Positions 9,256-18,069 of a stretch of DNA of 64,000 bases are shown here, piece after piece. Position 1 is the first letter of the stretch; the number at the start of each line of letters is the position of its first letter. The position numbers and the translations under genes are program-made. The notes below the pieces were generated by a model that was given only the letters and a program-made list of their open reading frames with translations, did not search any database and was not told the origin of the DNA. Source of the DNA: Thermoplasmata archaeon (GTDB lineage: Archaea > Thermoplasmatota > Thermoplasmata > Lutacidiplasmatales > UBA184); assembly GCA_021796385.1 (NCBI GenBank), contig JAJYXQ010000005.1, positions 21,398 through 85,397 of the forward strand, in the 5' to 3' direction.

Positions 9256-9801
9256 ATGCACGCACCCGCTCCTGGAGCCGGCCGGTTCCGATACCGCCTG
9301 GTTGGACTGTACGCCCTCACCCTCATGGAGCGCGAAGGGCCGATCTACGGTTATCGCCTTTCCGAGGCCATCGCGGAGCGCACGCAAGGTGCTTGGCGAC
9401 CCGGGCCCGGGTCTGTCTATCCATCCCTCAAGAAACTGGTTGCGGCGGGCCTGGCGTCCGCCAAGTTCGAGCAACGACGACGGACGTACGCCATCACTCC
9501 CGAAGGGACACGCGTCCTACGGACCATCCGTGACCGGGGCGAGCGATTCCTGCACGGCCGTTGGGACGGTACGGTACTGTGGGCGGAGATCCTCGGGGAG
9601 CGAGATGCCGGCGAGTACCTGCTTCGTCGCCTGCGGCATGTATGGGAGAGCCTGGAGCAAATGATCGAGTCCCTCCCGGGAAGTGCCGAGGAAAGCCGAC
9701 GCCTACGCGACCGGGTGTCCGCCGAGCTGACCCAAGCGCTGGACCATCTCTCTCACATGGACATCCCGGACCGATCGTCCCGAAGGGGGAAGACCGCATG
9801 A
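9256..9801 (+). CDS. PadR-family transcriptional regulator
   Basis: LVGLYALTLMEREGPIYGYRLSEAIAERTQGAWRPGPGSVYPSLKKLVAAGL is the PadR winged helix. The track start (9157) would place the TATA element inside the CDS, so I use the internal ATG at 9256. The stop overlaps the ABC ATPase start (ATGA). Confidence 0.7.
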   Translation: MHAPAPGAGRFRYRLVGLYALTLMEREGPIYGYRLSEAIAERTQGAWRPGPGSVYPSLKKLVAAGLASAKFEQRRRTYAITPEGTRVLRTIRDRGERFLHGRWDGTVLWAEILGERDAGEYLLRRLRHVWESLEQMIESLPGSAEESRRLRDRVSAELTQALDHLSHMDIPDRSSRRGKTA

Positions 9802-10781
9802 CCGATGCCATAGTGGCCCGGGGGCTCACCAAGGTCTACGAGAAGAAGATCACCGCCGTGGACCATGTCGACATGGATATCCCCGCGGGTTCGATCTTCG
9901 GGCTTCTCGGTCCGAACGGTGCCGGAAAGACGACCATAATCAAGATGCTCACCGGACTCAGCGATATCACCGAGGGGGAGGCGCGGGTCGCCGGTTTCGA
10001 TGTGCGCAAGGACCCGATGTCAGTGAAGTCGCGCGTCGGCTGGGTCGCGGCAGAGGTCATCTTGGACGATGATCTCTCGGCATGGGAGAACCTCTGGCTC
10101 CAGGCCCGTCTCCAGCGTCTTGGGGAATGGAAGGACCGGGCGGAGGAGCTCCTTCGGTACTTCGACCTCTCTGAACGGAAGAAGGACAAGGTCGGAGGCT
10201 ATTCGACCGGGATGCGGAAGAAGCTCGAGATCGCGCTGGCCCTCCTTCACCAACCCGAGGTCATCTTCATGGACGAGCCCACCATCGGGCTCGATGCGAA
10301 CGTCCGTCGCATGCTCTGGGACCTGATCACGGGGGTCAACCGGGAGTTCGGTGTCACGGTGCTCCTGACGTCCCATTACATCGAGGAGGCGGACCGGTTG
10401 TGCGACCGGGTTTCGATCATCAACCAGGGCAAGTTCGTGGCGTCCGGTACACCCACCGAGCTCAAATCCCGGGTCAAGGAGGATTTCATCGAGCTCGATA
10501 CGAGTGAGACGGTCACCGCGGAGAAGTTGAGTTCCATCCCAGGGGTCAGCCAAGTGTCGAGCGAAGGCAAGACCTGGAGGCTCCGGGTCGCTTCTGCAGA
10601 GGAGGTCCTCCCCAATCTCTTCCATGCCCTGAAGACCGACGGGATACGCCGGATCAACGTGGAGAAGCCGAGCCTGGAATCGGTCTTCATCGACATCACC
10701 GGGACCCGGATCGATCAAGCCGGCTCGGATGTCCAAGACTTCCGCAAGTTCTACCTCAATGTGCGGAGGGCCCGCCGATGA
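9798..10781 (+). CDS. ABC transporter ATP-binding protein (ABC-2/DrrA-like exporter ATPase)
   Basis: MTDAIVARGLTKVYEKKITAVDHVDMDIPAGSIFGLLGPNGAGKTT is the Walker A. LSGGQ-like YSTGMRKKLEIAL and Walker B VIFMDEPT follow. The track ORF (9561) is an upstream over-extension in the same frame that overlaps padR. Confidence 0.85.
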   Translation: MTDAIVARGLTKVYEKKITAVDHVDMDIPAGSIFGLLGPNGAGKTTIIKMLTGLSDITEGEARVAGFDVRKDPMSVKSRVGWVAAEVILDDDLSAWENLWLQARLQRLGEWKDRAEELLRYFDLSERKKDKVGGYSTGMRKKLEIALALLHQPEVIFMDEPTIGLDANVRRMLWDLITGVNREFGVTVLLTSHYIEEADRLCDRVSIINQGKFVASGTPTELKSRVKEDFIELDTSETVTAEKLSSIPGVSQVSSEGKTWRLRVASAEEVLPNLFHALKTDGIRRINVEKPSLESVFIDITGTRIDQAGSDVQDFRKFYLNVRRARR

Positions 10782-11635
10782 GCGCCCCGGTCAAGACGGC
10801 GGTATTGCCCACGTCGACGACGGTGTCCCGGGACGGATATTTGGGCTGGTTCTCTCAGTTCTGGGGGCTTTTTGCCCGGGAGCTTGTGAAGACCTTCCGG
10901 AACCCCTGGGTGATCGCCATCACCATCATCCAGCCGTTCATGTGGTTGGCTTTCTTCGGAGGGATGCTCTCGGAACTCCCGGCAGACCAGCTGGATCAGT
11001 TCCTGCTGCATGCTCCGGCGGGAACGAGCTACCTCTCCTTTCTCCTGCCGGGGGTGCTCTCGACCGGCATGATGTCGATCGGAATGTTCGGGGCGATGAG
11101 CACGATCCAGGACAAACGGTTCGGCTTCATGAAGCGCATCCTGATCACGCCGACCAGCAAGGCGACCGTGTACCTATCGAAAGCCCTCGGGTCGGCGATG
11201 CGGGGCCTCGTCCAGATCCCCGTGATGGTCGCGGCCGCCCTCGCTTTCGGGGTCCGGCTCCAGGGGACGCCCATAGCCTGGGTTGCGTGGATCCTCGGGC
11301 TCACGTTCCTCGGACTGGGGTTCTCGGCCCTCTTCTTGGCTGTGACGGCGTCCAGCACCGATTGGCAAACGCCGGGAGTGATATCGAACTTCCTCACCAT
11401 GCCGCTCATGTTCGCGAGTGGTGCGATGTTCCCCACGGCGATCTATCCCACCTGGATGCAAGATATCGCCAAGGTGAACCCAGTCGGGTATTCGGCCCTG
11501 CTGGCAAGGGATGTCTTGACCTACGGTCAATTCTCGGCCTCGGATCTACAGTATCTCGGGTACCTCGCCGTGTTCGCGCTGGTGATGCTCGTCCTTGGCA
11601 CCGCACTGGCATCCCGCTATCTCAAGGTCGAGTAG
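10778..11635 (+). CDS. ABC-2 type transporter permease
   Basis: 285 aa with six hydrophobic segments. Its start overlaps the ATPase stop (ATGA), and the ABC-2 permease signature is present. Confidence 0.8.
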   Translation: MSAPVKTAVLPTSTTVSRDGYLGWFSQFWGLFARELVKTFRNPWVIAITIIQPFMWLAFFGGMLSELPADQLDQFLLHAPAGTSYLSFLLPGVLSTGMMSIGMFGAMSTIQDKRFGFMKRILITPTSKATVYLSKALGSAMRGLVQIPVMVAAALAFGVRLQGTPIAWVAWILGLTFLGLGFSALFLAVTASSTDWQTPGVISNFLTMPLMFASGAMFPTAIYPTWMQDIAKVNPVGYSALLARDVLTYGQFSASDLQYLGYLAVFALVMLVLGTALASRYLKVE

Positions 11636-11658
11636 TCCCCGAAAAGCGCTAAGCTTGC

Positions 11659-13269
11659 GTGCGGTTCCTGCTGGCCATGAGTTCGGCGCAGCGCACCCTG
11701 GATGATTTCCGTCCCGAGGGGTCAGCGCTTCCCGAGACTGGGCTCCCCACGATCTCACCCGAGGGGTTTATCCAGCATCCACTGCTCCGTAAGGAAGTCT
11801 TACGGGCTTACCCCTTTCAACTGGACCTTGCGTCCCAAGCGGACAGCGAGGATCTCCTTGTAGTCCTTCCGACGGGCCTGGGAAAGACTGTGATCGCCGC
11901 GTTGCTCGCTGCGCGGCGATTTGCCGCGGGCACCACGAAGTCGCTCCTGCTCGCACCCACCAAGCCCCTCGTCCACCAGCATGCCCGAAGCTTCAGTGCT
12001 TGGTTTGAGTCCCTGCCCCACGCCGTCTTCACCGGGGAAGTGGATCGGCCCGTCCGGGAAGAGCAATGGGCGACCGCCCGGATGGTCTTCGCGACACCAC
12101 AGCTTGTGGTCCAAGACCTCCTTGAAGGGCGGTACTCCTTGCGCGAGGTAGGCCTCGTGATCTACGATGAGGCGCACCACGCCCGGGGCCGATATGCCTA
12201 TTCGAAGATCGCTGCGATCTATCAGACCCAGGGGCCGCCAAGAGCGCGACAGCTGGCGCTCACCGCTTCTCCCGGGAACCCGACCGAGATCCGGGACTCG
12301 CTTCACCTCTCCGGGGTGGTCACCCGGACCCGGGAGGATCCCGAGGTTGCCCCCTACATCCAAACGGTCGACACCTCGCTCCGACGGGTCTCGTTGAGCG
12401 AGGAACAGAAGGATGCCACGCGTCATCTCCGAGAGGCCGCGCGCGAAACGATGCTCAAGCTCCAACGCATCGGGCTCCTGCGGACCCGGAAGTTGACGCA
12501 GGTGGGGGTAAAGGACCTCGTGGATGCACGAAAGCAACTTTTCGCCCTTCCGCTTCCGATGGGTGCGCGGTTCCAGGCGTTGCGTCGCCTAGCGATCGCG
12601 CAGCACCTGCTCCACTCAGTAGGGTTGATCGAGCGCCAGGGGTTGGCCCCCTTCGTATCCTATCTCGACACGGTGGCGGTCCGGACGCCGCTCAAACCGG
12701 CCGACCGAGCGTTCCTGGCCCTCCCCGCCGTGGGCGCGGCTCGTGCGCTGGCCCAAGGACCCGAGGGAGGATCGCCCTCCCACCCGAAACTAGAGGAACT
12801 CCTATCGCTCGTCCGTGCCACGCTCGCTGCCAAGCCGGCAGCGAAGATTCTCGTTTTCACCGAATACCGCGATTCGGTGCGCAGCGTGGCCGATGCCCTG
12901 AGGAAGGCGGGGGTCCCCGCAGAGCGGTTTGTCGGCCAGGCCCACCGAGGTACACGGGACCCCGGAATGAACCAACATACCCAGCTCGCCGTGCTCGGCG
13001 CCTTCCGCTCCGGAGCCTTTCCGGTGTTGGTGGCGAGCCAGGTGGCGGAAGAGGGGCTCGACATTCCCCAAGTGGACCTTGTCGTCGAATATGATATCCT
13101 GTCGAGCGGGGTCCGCACCGCGCAAAGGCGGGGACGCACAGGGCGAACCCAAGCGGGACAAGTGGTCTCGCTCCTCTCGGAGGGGACGAAGGAGGAGCGT
13201 TACCGGGTCAAGGAGCTCGCGCGTTCCGCCCGGCTACGACGGGTCCTGCGCAAGGCGAGCACCCGGTGA
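11659..13269 (+). CDS. hef: Hef/FANCM-type DEAH-box helicase (helicase module only, no XPF nuclease domain)
   Basis: YPFQLDLA...VVLPTGLGKTVIAALLA (motif I), VIYDEAHHARGRYAY (DEAH), LTASPG (motif III), C-terminal QRRGRTGR (motif VI). The ORF ends after the helicase. Confidence 0.75.
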   Translation: MRFLLAMSSAQRTLDDFRPEGSALPETGLPTISPEGFIQHPLLRKEVLRAYPFQLDLASQADSEDLLVVLPTGLGKTVIAALLAARRFAAGTTKSLLLAPTKPLVHQHARSFSAWFESLPHAVFTGEVDRPVREEQWATARMVFATPQLVVQDLLEGRYSLREVGLVIYDEAHHARGRYAYSKIAAIYQTQGPPRARQLALTASPGNPTEIRDSLHLSGVVTRTREDPEVAPYIQTVDTSLRRVSLSEEQKDATRHLREAARETMLKLQRIGLLRTRKLTQVGVKDLVDARKQLFALPLPMGARFQALRRLAIAQHLLHSVGLIERQGLAPFVSYLDTVAVRTPLKPADRAFLALPAVGAARALAQGPEGGSPSHPKLEELLSLVRATLAAKPAAKILVFTEYRDSVRSVADALRKAGVPAERFVGQAHRGTRDPGMNQHTQLAVLGAFRSGAFPVLVASQVAEEGLDIPQVDLVVEYDILSSGVRTAQRRGRTGRTQAGQVVSLLSEGTKEERYRVKELARSARLRRVLRKASTR

Positions 13270-14285
13270 TCGGGGTATCCGAAGTAGAACGCCTTCAGAG
13301 CCAACCGTGCCCGCACCCCTTCGACCGGGTCCTGGGATTCGGTCCGGCGCACGACCTCCTCCAGGCCGTGCTCGTGGAGGAACTGCGCCTGGGTCTCGAG
13401 CCCATCCGAACGGAAGCCTGCTCGTTCGGCCTCCGATGCGACCCGGGAGAAATCCACCCAGGCACTGATATCGCGCTCGCCCGGATGGGACAAGGGATCT
13501 TCCCCCATCACGTGGCCCTCGTACGTCGCAAGACTTCCCTGTGGGAAACGGCGTAAAAGGTTCTCTGTGGAGTCCCCATAGTCGATGAAGTAGACCGAAC
13601 CCGATCGGAGCACGCCCGCGAGCCACCTCAAAAGCTCGGGGAGACCTTCGGCAACCTCAAAGACCGTCCCTTCCCCGACACCCTCGGGGATCGGAAAGGG
13701 AGGGAGAGGAGCGAGCAGCGGGCCTTCCTTCCAGAGGAAGTGTACGGGTTCCGGCCCCCGGGCCACACCGAGCTCTCTCCAGCCCTCTCCGCGACGGATC
13801 AGGCGACGGAAGGGAAGGGCGTCCAGCACCTCGTTCGCCAGTACGATCCCGGGTAGGGGCCCGATGCTTGCGTCCGGCTCGATCCACTCCACGACGCACG
13901 GAGGGGGGGAGTGCCTGGTGTCGATCCGCCGTCGGCCCCGCTCGCACAGGTACAGCTTCCAGCTACCGACGATCTCGGGCCGAAGCTCGGGGGCTCCGAA
14001 TGCGGCGAGGGATACCGAATCCTCCCCCGGGCCGAGTTCGATCACGGCAAAGTCCCGCGGTCTCCCCAAACGCTCCCACTCATCCAGGATGACTCGGGCC
14101 ACGGTCTGCCCAAAGCTCGAATGGACACGTGGGGCGGTCATGAAGTCCCCCTTCTTGCCGAACACGACGTTCTGGGAATAGTATCCCTCCGTTCGCTCAT
14201 AGAGGGCCGTCCGCATGAAGTCCGAGAAGGAGATCCGCCCTCCGGCGCTATCGATCATCCGGTCGAGCCGGTCGGAGAGTCGCAT
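13200..14285 (-). CDS. MidA/NDUFAF7-family SAM-dependent methyltransferase (DUF185)
   Basis: GRISFSDFMRTALYERTEGYYSQNVVFGKKGDFMTAPRVHSSFGQTVA matches the DUF185/MidA N-terminal signature. The 3' end overlaps hef convergently by about 70 nt. Confidence 0.7.
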   Translation of the reverse strand: MRLSDRLDRMIDSAGGRISFSDFMRTALYERTEGYYSQNVVFGKKGDFMTAPRVHSSFGQTVARVILDEWERLGRPRDFAVIELGPGEDSVSLAAFGAPELRPEIVGSWKLYLCERGRRRIDTRHSPPPCVVEWIEPDASIGPLPGIVLANEVLDALPFRRLIRRGEGWRELGVARGPEPVHFLWKEGPLLAPLPPFPIPEGVGEGTVFEVAEGLPELLRWLAGVLRSGSVYFIDYGDSTENLLRRFPQGSLATYEGHVMGEDPLSHPGERDISAWVDFSRVASEAERAGFRSDGLETQAQFLHEHGLEEVVRRTESQDPVEGVRARLALKAFYFGYPDHRVLALRRTRRSRAERASSLTR

Positions 14286-14324
14286 GCTCGCCCCTTTCTT
14301 GGGTGGAGGAAGGGAAGAGCGCGT

Positions 14325-15107
14325 TCAGCCGATATATCCGAGATCTTCCCGGGGCTGGGACGCCTCGGGCTGGGGCGGGGCAAGCTTTGCCTCCGTCTCC
14401 CTCAGGCGCGACGCGATCCGGTCAATCTCGTGGGCCTTGGTCTCGAGGTCGGAAAGGTCGAACACGAGGTTCAAGACGCTCATGAGGATGCGGAGGACCG
14501 CCTCGGCGCTTCGAGGGTCTACAAAGTACCCGGAGGTCTCCCCCATGAGGCACACGCTCTCCATCTGATAGAGCTGACCAATGCCGAGGAAAAGACCGCT
14601 TGCACCAATGAGCCCGCTCCCGGGTTCGTTCTTCGAGAACACCACTCCGAGTTTCTTCATCATCTCCACACGGGCCGGGGAGGTGGCTGCGCCAAGGACC
14701 CGAGGGTTCTCGACCATGTGGCCCTGCGCGAACCCAGCGAGCGTGTACACCTCCTTCACTCCGAGTTGCGATACGACCTGGAGTATCCGGTCTGTGAGCT
14801 CGTATTGTCCTTCCGGACTCAGGCCTTGGTAGTCGCCGACAAGAATGAGGAGATCGCGCTGCTTCGGGGACTTCGCCTTGTAATAGTAGAGGTCGTTCGA
14901 TACCATCCGGATGACCCCGTCATCCCCCACGTACACCTGGGGAGGAAAATACTTCGAGTAGATCGTGGCGTACTTCGTCGCGGAGATGGCATCCTTGAGG
15001 TAGTCCGCAGCCAGCTTCGCCACATTGCCGAGCCCGGGCAGACCCACGATGAGTACCGGCTTGTTCAATTCCACTTTGGTCAGGACATTCACGACAACAT
15101 CGTCCAT
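14325..15107 (-). CDS. PAC2-family proteasome assembly chaperone (PbaA/PbaB-like)
   Basis: NKPVLIVGLPGLGNVAKLAADYL is the N-terminal signature of PF09754-type archaeal PAC2 proteins. 260 aa. Confidence 0.65.
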   Translation of the reverse strand: MDDVVVNVLTKVELNKPVLIVGLPGLGNVAKLAADYLKDAISATKYATIYSKYFPPQVYVGDDGVIRMVSNDLYYYKAKSPKQRDLLILVGDYQGLSPEGQYELTDRILQVVSQLGVKEVYTLAGFAQGHMVENPRVLGAATSPARVEMMKKLGVVFSKNEPGSGLIGASGLFLGIGQLYQMESVCLMGETSGYFVDPRSAEAVLRILMSVLNLVFDLSDLETKAHEIDRIASRLRETEAKLAPPQPEASQPREDLGYIG

Positions 15108-15335
15108 GTTTCTCCCTTCAAGAGTCCGGGCGGCACTGAGCAGATAGCGGAGCGTAGACGAGTTTCCCGGCCCGCGACCTTCCCCCCGGCCTCATGAAGC
15201 CGGTATAGAGGGGGCGCCCTATTTGAGCATTGCCCAGAAGTTGATGAGCGGGGCGGTGGGAGCGATGGATGCGCGGGCCATGCCGGACCCGAAAGCGCCA
15301 ACTGAAAGGGTCGGGTCGATGCAGAAGCTTTACGA

Positions 15336-17579
15336 TCATTGAACGCGGGTCTCGCTTCCTGACACTGAATCCTCCCCGCAAAGCGCCCGCCGAAGCACCC
15401 GATCCGCTTGCAGATACAGGACGCCGCCGAGGACGAAACCGGTGAGCAAGTTGATCAAGGCTATCTTGCGGGACGATACCAGGGCCGACCTTACCTCTCC
15501 CCTCCGGATCTGAGACAATGACCGGGCCCAACTAAGATACAACAAGAGCGCCAAAGTCAACAGGAATCCTTCTCCCGCCAAGATCCATCCGAACCCCACG
15601 GAGGGAGACACCGAGTAGCCCGTGATCCAAAGGTACCGCAGGTCAAGGAGGGTGAACGCGAAGAAGGAGAGGACCTGCACGCCGAACCCAAAGAGCGCCC
15701 AACGCCCCGCGGTCCGTAACGCGCGAACTCGATTCGCTTCTTGCCGATGCCCCGCCTCCCCGGGCGCTCCGGTCTTGCGCCTTCGGAAGCCCCAAGCGGC
15801 CGTAGCGAGAACAGCGATGATCGCCAGGACCGGGAAGCCGAGGGTAAGATATCCGAAGTTGCTCGGGAGCCCAAAAAGAGTGGCCGGAGGGGAAGCGGGA
15901 ACGTACACCAAGAGCAGAGTCCCAGGCCCCCTTACGGAAAGTTGCTCCCCGGAGACCGTCAGGTTCCCTGTGGCCTCAAGCGAGCCGAGGGTCATTCCTG
16001 GGCACCCCCCTGGGACCAGACTGAAATCACCCGACGTAAGTGCGAAAGATCCCCCACCGAGAGCCTTCGAGGATCCCATGGCTACGGCTGTACCTGAGCA
16101 GGAGACGGGGAGGATGACGACTCCGAGCCCCACGAAGGGGGTTTGAGAATACACGGCGGTGACGTTACCCGGTCCGAGCACGATTAGGGAGCTGTTTGGG
16201 TCGGTCGTGGCTGTCACCGAGATGTCCCCTTCGTAGCTCCAGGCTTGGAAGCGGTAACCGGGACATGGGGTGGCAACTATGCTGTAGGAACCTGCGGGGG
16301 CAGTATAGACCAAGGCCGGTCCCCCAGCGGCCGAGGTCACATGAGGGTCTCCACAAGCGTCGGGGACGGATGAAAGTCCCAGGGCGAATCCGAACATCCG
16401 GTTACCCTTCGTCGCATTCTGGAATGCGTAGAATACCGGCGTCCTCCCGGAGTAATACTGGAGCAGAGCTGACGGGTTCCCGGGTGGGGGGGCGGATTGG
16501 GCGAACAGGTCGGTGTAGAACATTCCGACCCCCTGGGCGCCGATGTAGCTCAAGAACGCATAGACCGTCTGGACCCAGGGGACATCGAGGGATATCATGC
16601 TGGGTTCGAAGACCGAACTCCCCGCCGAGCTCCAAGCTTCCGGCACCCAGACCTGCTTGCCTCCCGTCCCTTCCTTCGCTAGGAACGTGAGCGTGTTCTC
16701 GAAGTCGCAGACCCCATAGATATCGAACCCGAGGAAATCAAGACCCGGCATGGACCGGGCCGCCTCGAGGTAGCTCAACTCCGTGCTGGCGCCCCCGGTG
16801 TACAGAGAGGAGGCTGCAACGGCCACACCGACGACGGTCTGTGGGGACACCTCCCGAACGACCGATATCAGTTGCTGCGTGAGGTCGACCCAGTTCGTCA
16901 CGGATTCGACCGAGGGGTTCCATGGGTAGCCCTGGACCATCGGATAGTACCAGCCGGGTTCCTTGACGAGCACATAATAATCGGGATGGTAGAGCTTGGC
17001 CAGGGTCGTTTCCCGTTGGACCGCGGCGGTCACGAAGTCCGACCAGGAAAGCGGGTGGTGCCAATACGTTTCGGAGGCAGAATCTGCGATCATAAGCGCG
17101 AGCCCATCGGACCGGATCTGGGCTACTACCGCATCGAGCTCTGCGATGAGTGATGCGTTCTGTTCCAGCCAAGGCTGAAAGTTGAGATCGATCCGTATCA
17201 CCTGGGCCCCAGATTCCTTCAGCATCGCGAGGTCCGCGAGGATGGCGTTGAGCGAACTCCCGGGGGATTCTGGATTCCCGTAGCTCGCCGCCATGAGGAC
17301 GGCTCCCGAGACCAAGGGCACGGGAGGATGTTGGGACCACTTCTGCTCTTGGCTCGAAAGCCACGAGGCGGTGAGGGGTTCATAGGTACAGTTCCCGGGT
17401 TCGAGTTGCGTGGTGGCCCCCGGTGAAACGATTGCCCCGAGGAGCGAACCCAACGTGAGCAACCCGAGCGCCAACACCGCCCACCCGACCCAGGGCGCCC
17501 GAGGGGGTGCGAACGGGTGCTCGCGAAGACGGGAGACGGATGGAGGGCTCACGAACTTTAGGAGACGACGCCTCCGCAC
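15336..17579 (-). CDS. membrane-anchored TIM-barrel glycoside-hydrolase-like protein (N-terminal signal anchor, GH5-like ectodomain, C-terminal 4-5 TM bundle)
   Basis: 747 aa. The N-terminal hydrophobic anchor is WVGWAVLALGLLTLGSLLGAIV. The central part reads like a cellulase-superfamily barrel (IRIDLNFQPW...YYVLVKEPGWY...FLGFDIYG). The C-terminus has several TM helices (VLAIIAVLATAAWGF..., ALFGFGVQVLSFFAFTLL...). The functional call is weak. Confidence 0.45.
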   Translation of the reverse strand: MRRRRLLKFVSPPSVSRLREHPFAPPRAPWVGWAVLALGLLTLGSLLGAIVSPGATTQLEPGNCTYEPLTASWLSSQEQKWSQHPPVPLVSGAVLMAASYGNPESPGSSLNAILADLAMLKESGAQVIRIDLNFQPWLEQNASLIAELDAVVAQIRSDGLALMIADSASETYWHHPLSWSDFVTAAVQRETTLAKLYHPDYYVLVKEPGWYYPMVQGYPWNPSVESVTNWVDLTQQLISVVREVSPQTVVGVAVAASSLYTGGASTELSYLEAARSMPGLDFLGFDIYGVCDFENTLTFLAKEGTGGKQVWVPEAWSSAGSSVFEPSMISLDVPWVQTVYAFLSYIGAQGVGMFYTDLFAQSAPPPGNPSALLQYYSGRTPVFYAFQNATKGNRMFGFALGLSSVPDACGDPHVTSAAGGPALVYTAPAGSYSIVATPCPGYRFQAWSYEGDISVTATTDPNSSLIVLGPGNVTAVYSQTPFVGLGVVILPVSCSGTAVAMGSSKALGGGSFALTSGDFSLVPGGCPGMTLGSLEATGNLTVSGEQLSVRGPGTLLLVYVPASPPATLFGLPSNFGYLTLGFPVLAIIAVLATAAWGFRRRKTGAPGEAGHRQEANRVRALRTAGRWALFGFGVQVLSFFAFTLLDLRYLWITGYSVSPSVGFGWILAGEGFLLTLALLLYLSWARSLSQIRRGEVRSALVSSRKIALINLLTGFVLGGVLYLQADRVLRRALCGEDSVSGSETRVQ

Positions 17580-17649
17580 TTAAGGCGAAGGTATCGGGAG
17601 CCGTATCCGGTGGGGAGCTTTGGAAAGTTGGGATCCTTCGGCACCAAGG

Positions 17650-18069
17650 CTATCCGCGCGTCGAGGTGGACCGCGTGGGGTGGATCGCCCCACCAACTTC
17701 GTTCGCCTCACCGGCGAGCTCGATGAGGTGGAGGCAAAAGTCCTCATCCTCGAAGGTCTGGCAACGGGCTTCGATCCAGTCGGCCCCGGTCGATTGCCGG
17801 AAACTTATCCGCGGGTCGGTACGGAGGTCCGAATACAGTCGACGAACCAAGGTCCGTGTCAACCGGATGTCGATGCTTCGGTCCTTGTGGAGATGGGCGA
17901 TCTCTCTCCCGTGGAGCCAGAGGGCAGGCTCCGGCCCGAAGCGAGACCGGTGGTGTGTCGAGCCTGGAATGCGTTGGAGGGCCTCCTCGAGGATCGGGGG
18001 CGGGGAGCCGGCGGAGTCCCCCTCTTCCGATATCGGGGCGATGGTCCGTTCAGCTACCGAGCTTCGCAT
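17650..18069 (-). CDS. hypothetical protein
   Basis: 139 aa with balanced composition (WLHGREIAHLHKDRSIDIRLTR motif). It sits in an operon-like tandem with the downstream GATase-II gene. I prefer it to the overlapping Arg-rich + strand ORFs 17507..18250 and 17620..18093. Confidence 0.3.
   Translation of the reverse strand: MRSSVAERTIAPISEEGDSAGSPPPILEEALQRIPGSTHHRSRFGPEPALWLHGREIAHLHKDRSIDIRLTRTLVRRLYSDLRTDPRISFRQSTGADWIEARCQTFEDEDFCLHLIELAGEANEVGGAIHPTRSTSTRG

Noticed and set aside
9561-9797. Upstream 79 codons of the ABC ATPase track ORF
   Set aside because: This in-frame extension overlaps padR and adds an Arg/Pro-rich N-terminus. The canonical N-terminus MTDAIVARGLTKVY begins at the ATG overlapping the padR stop.
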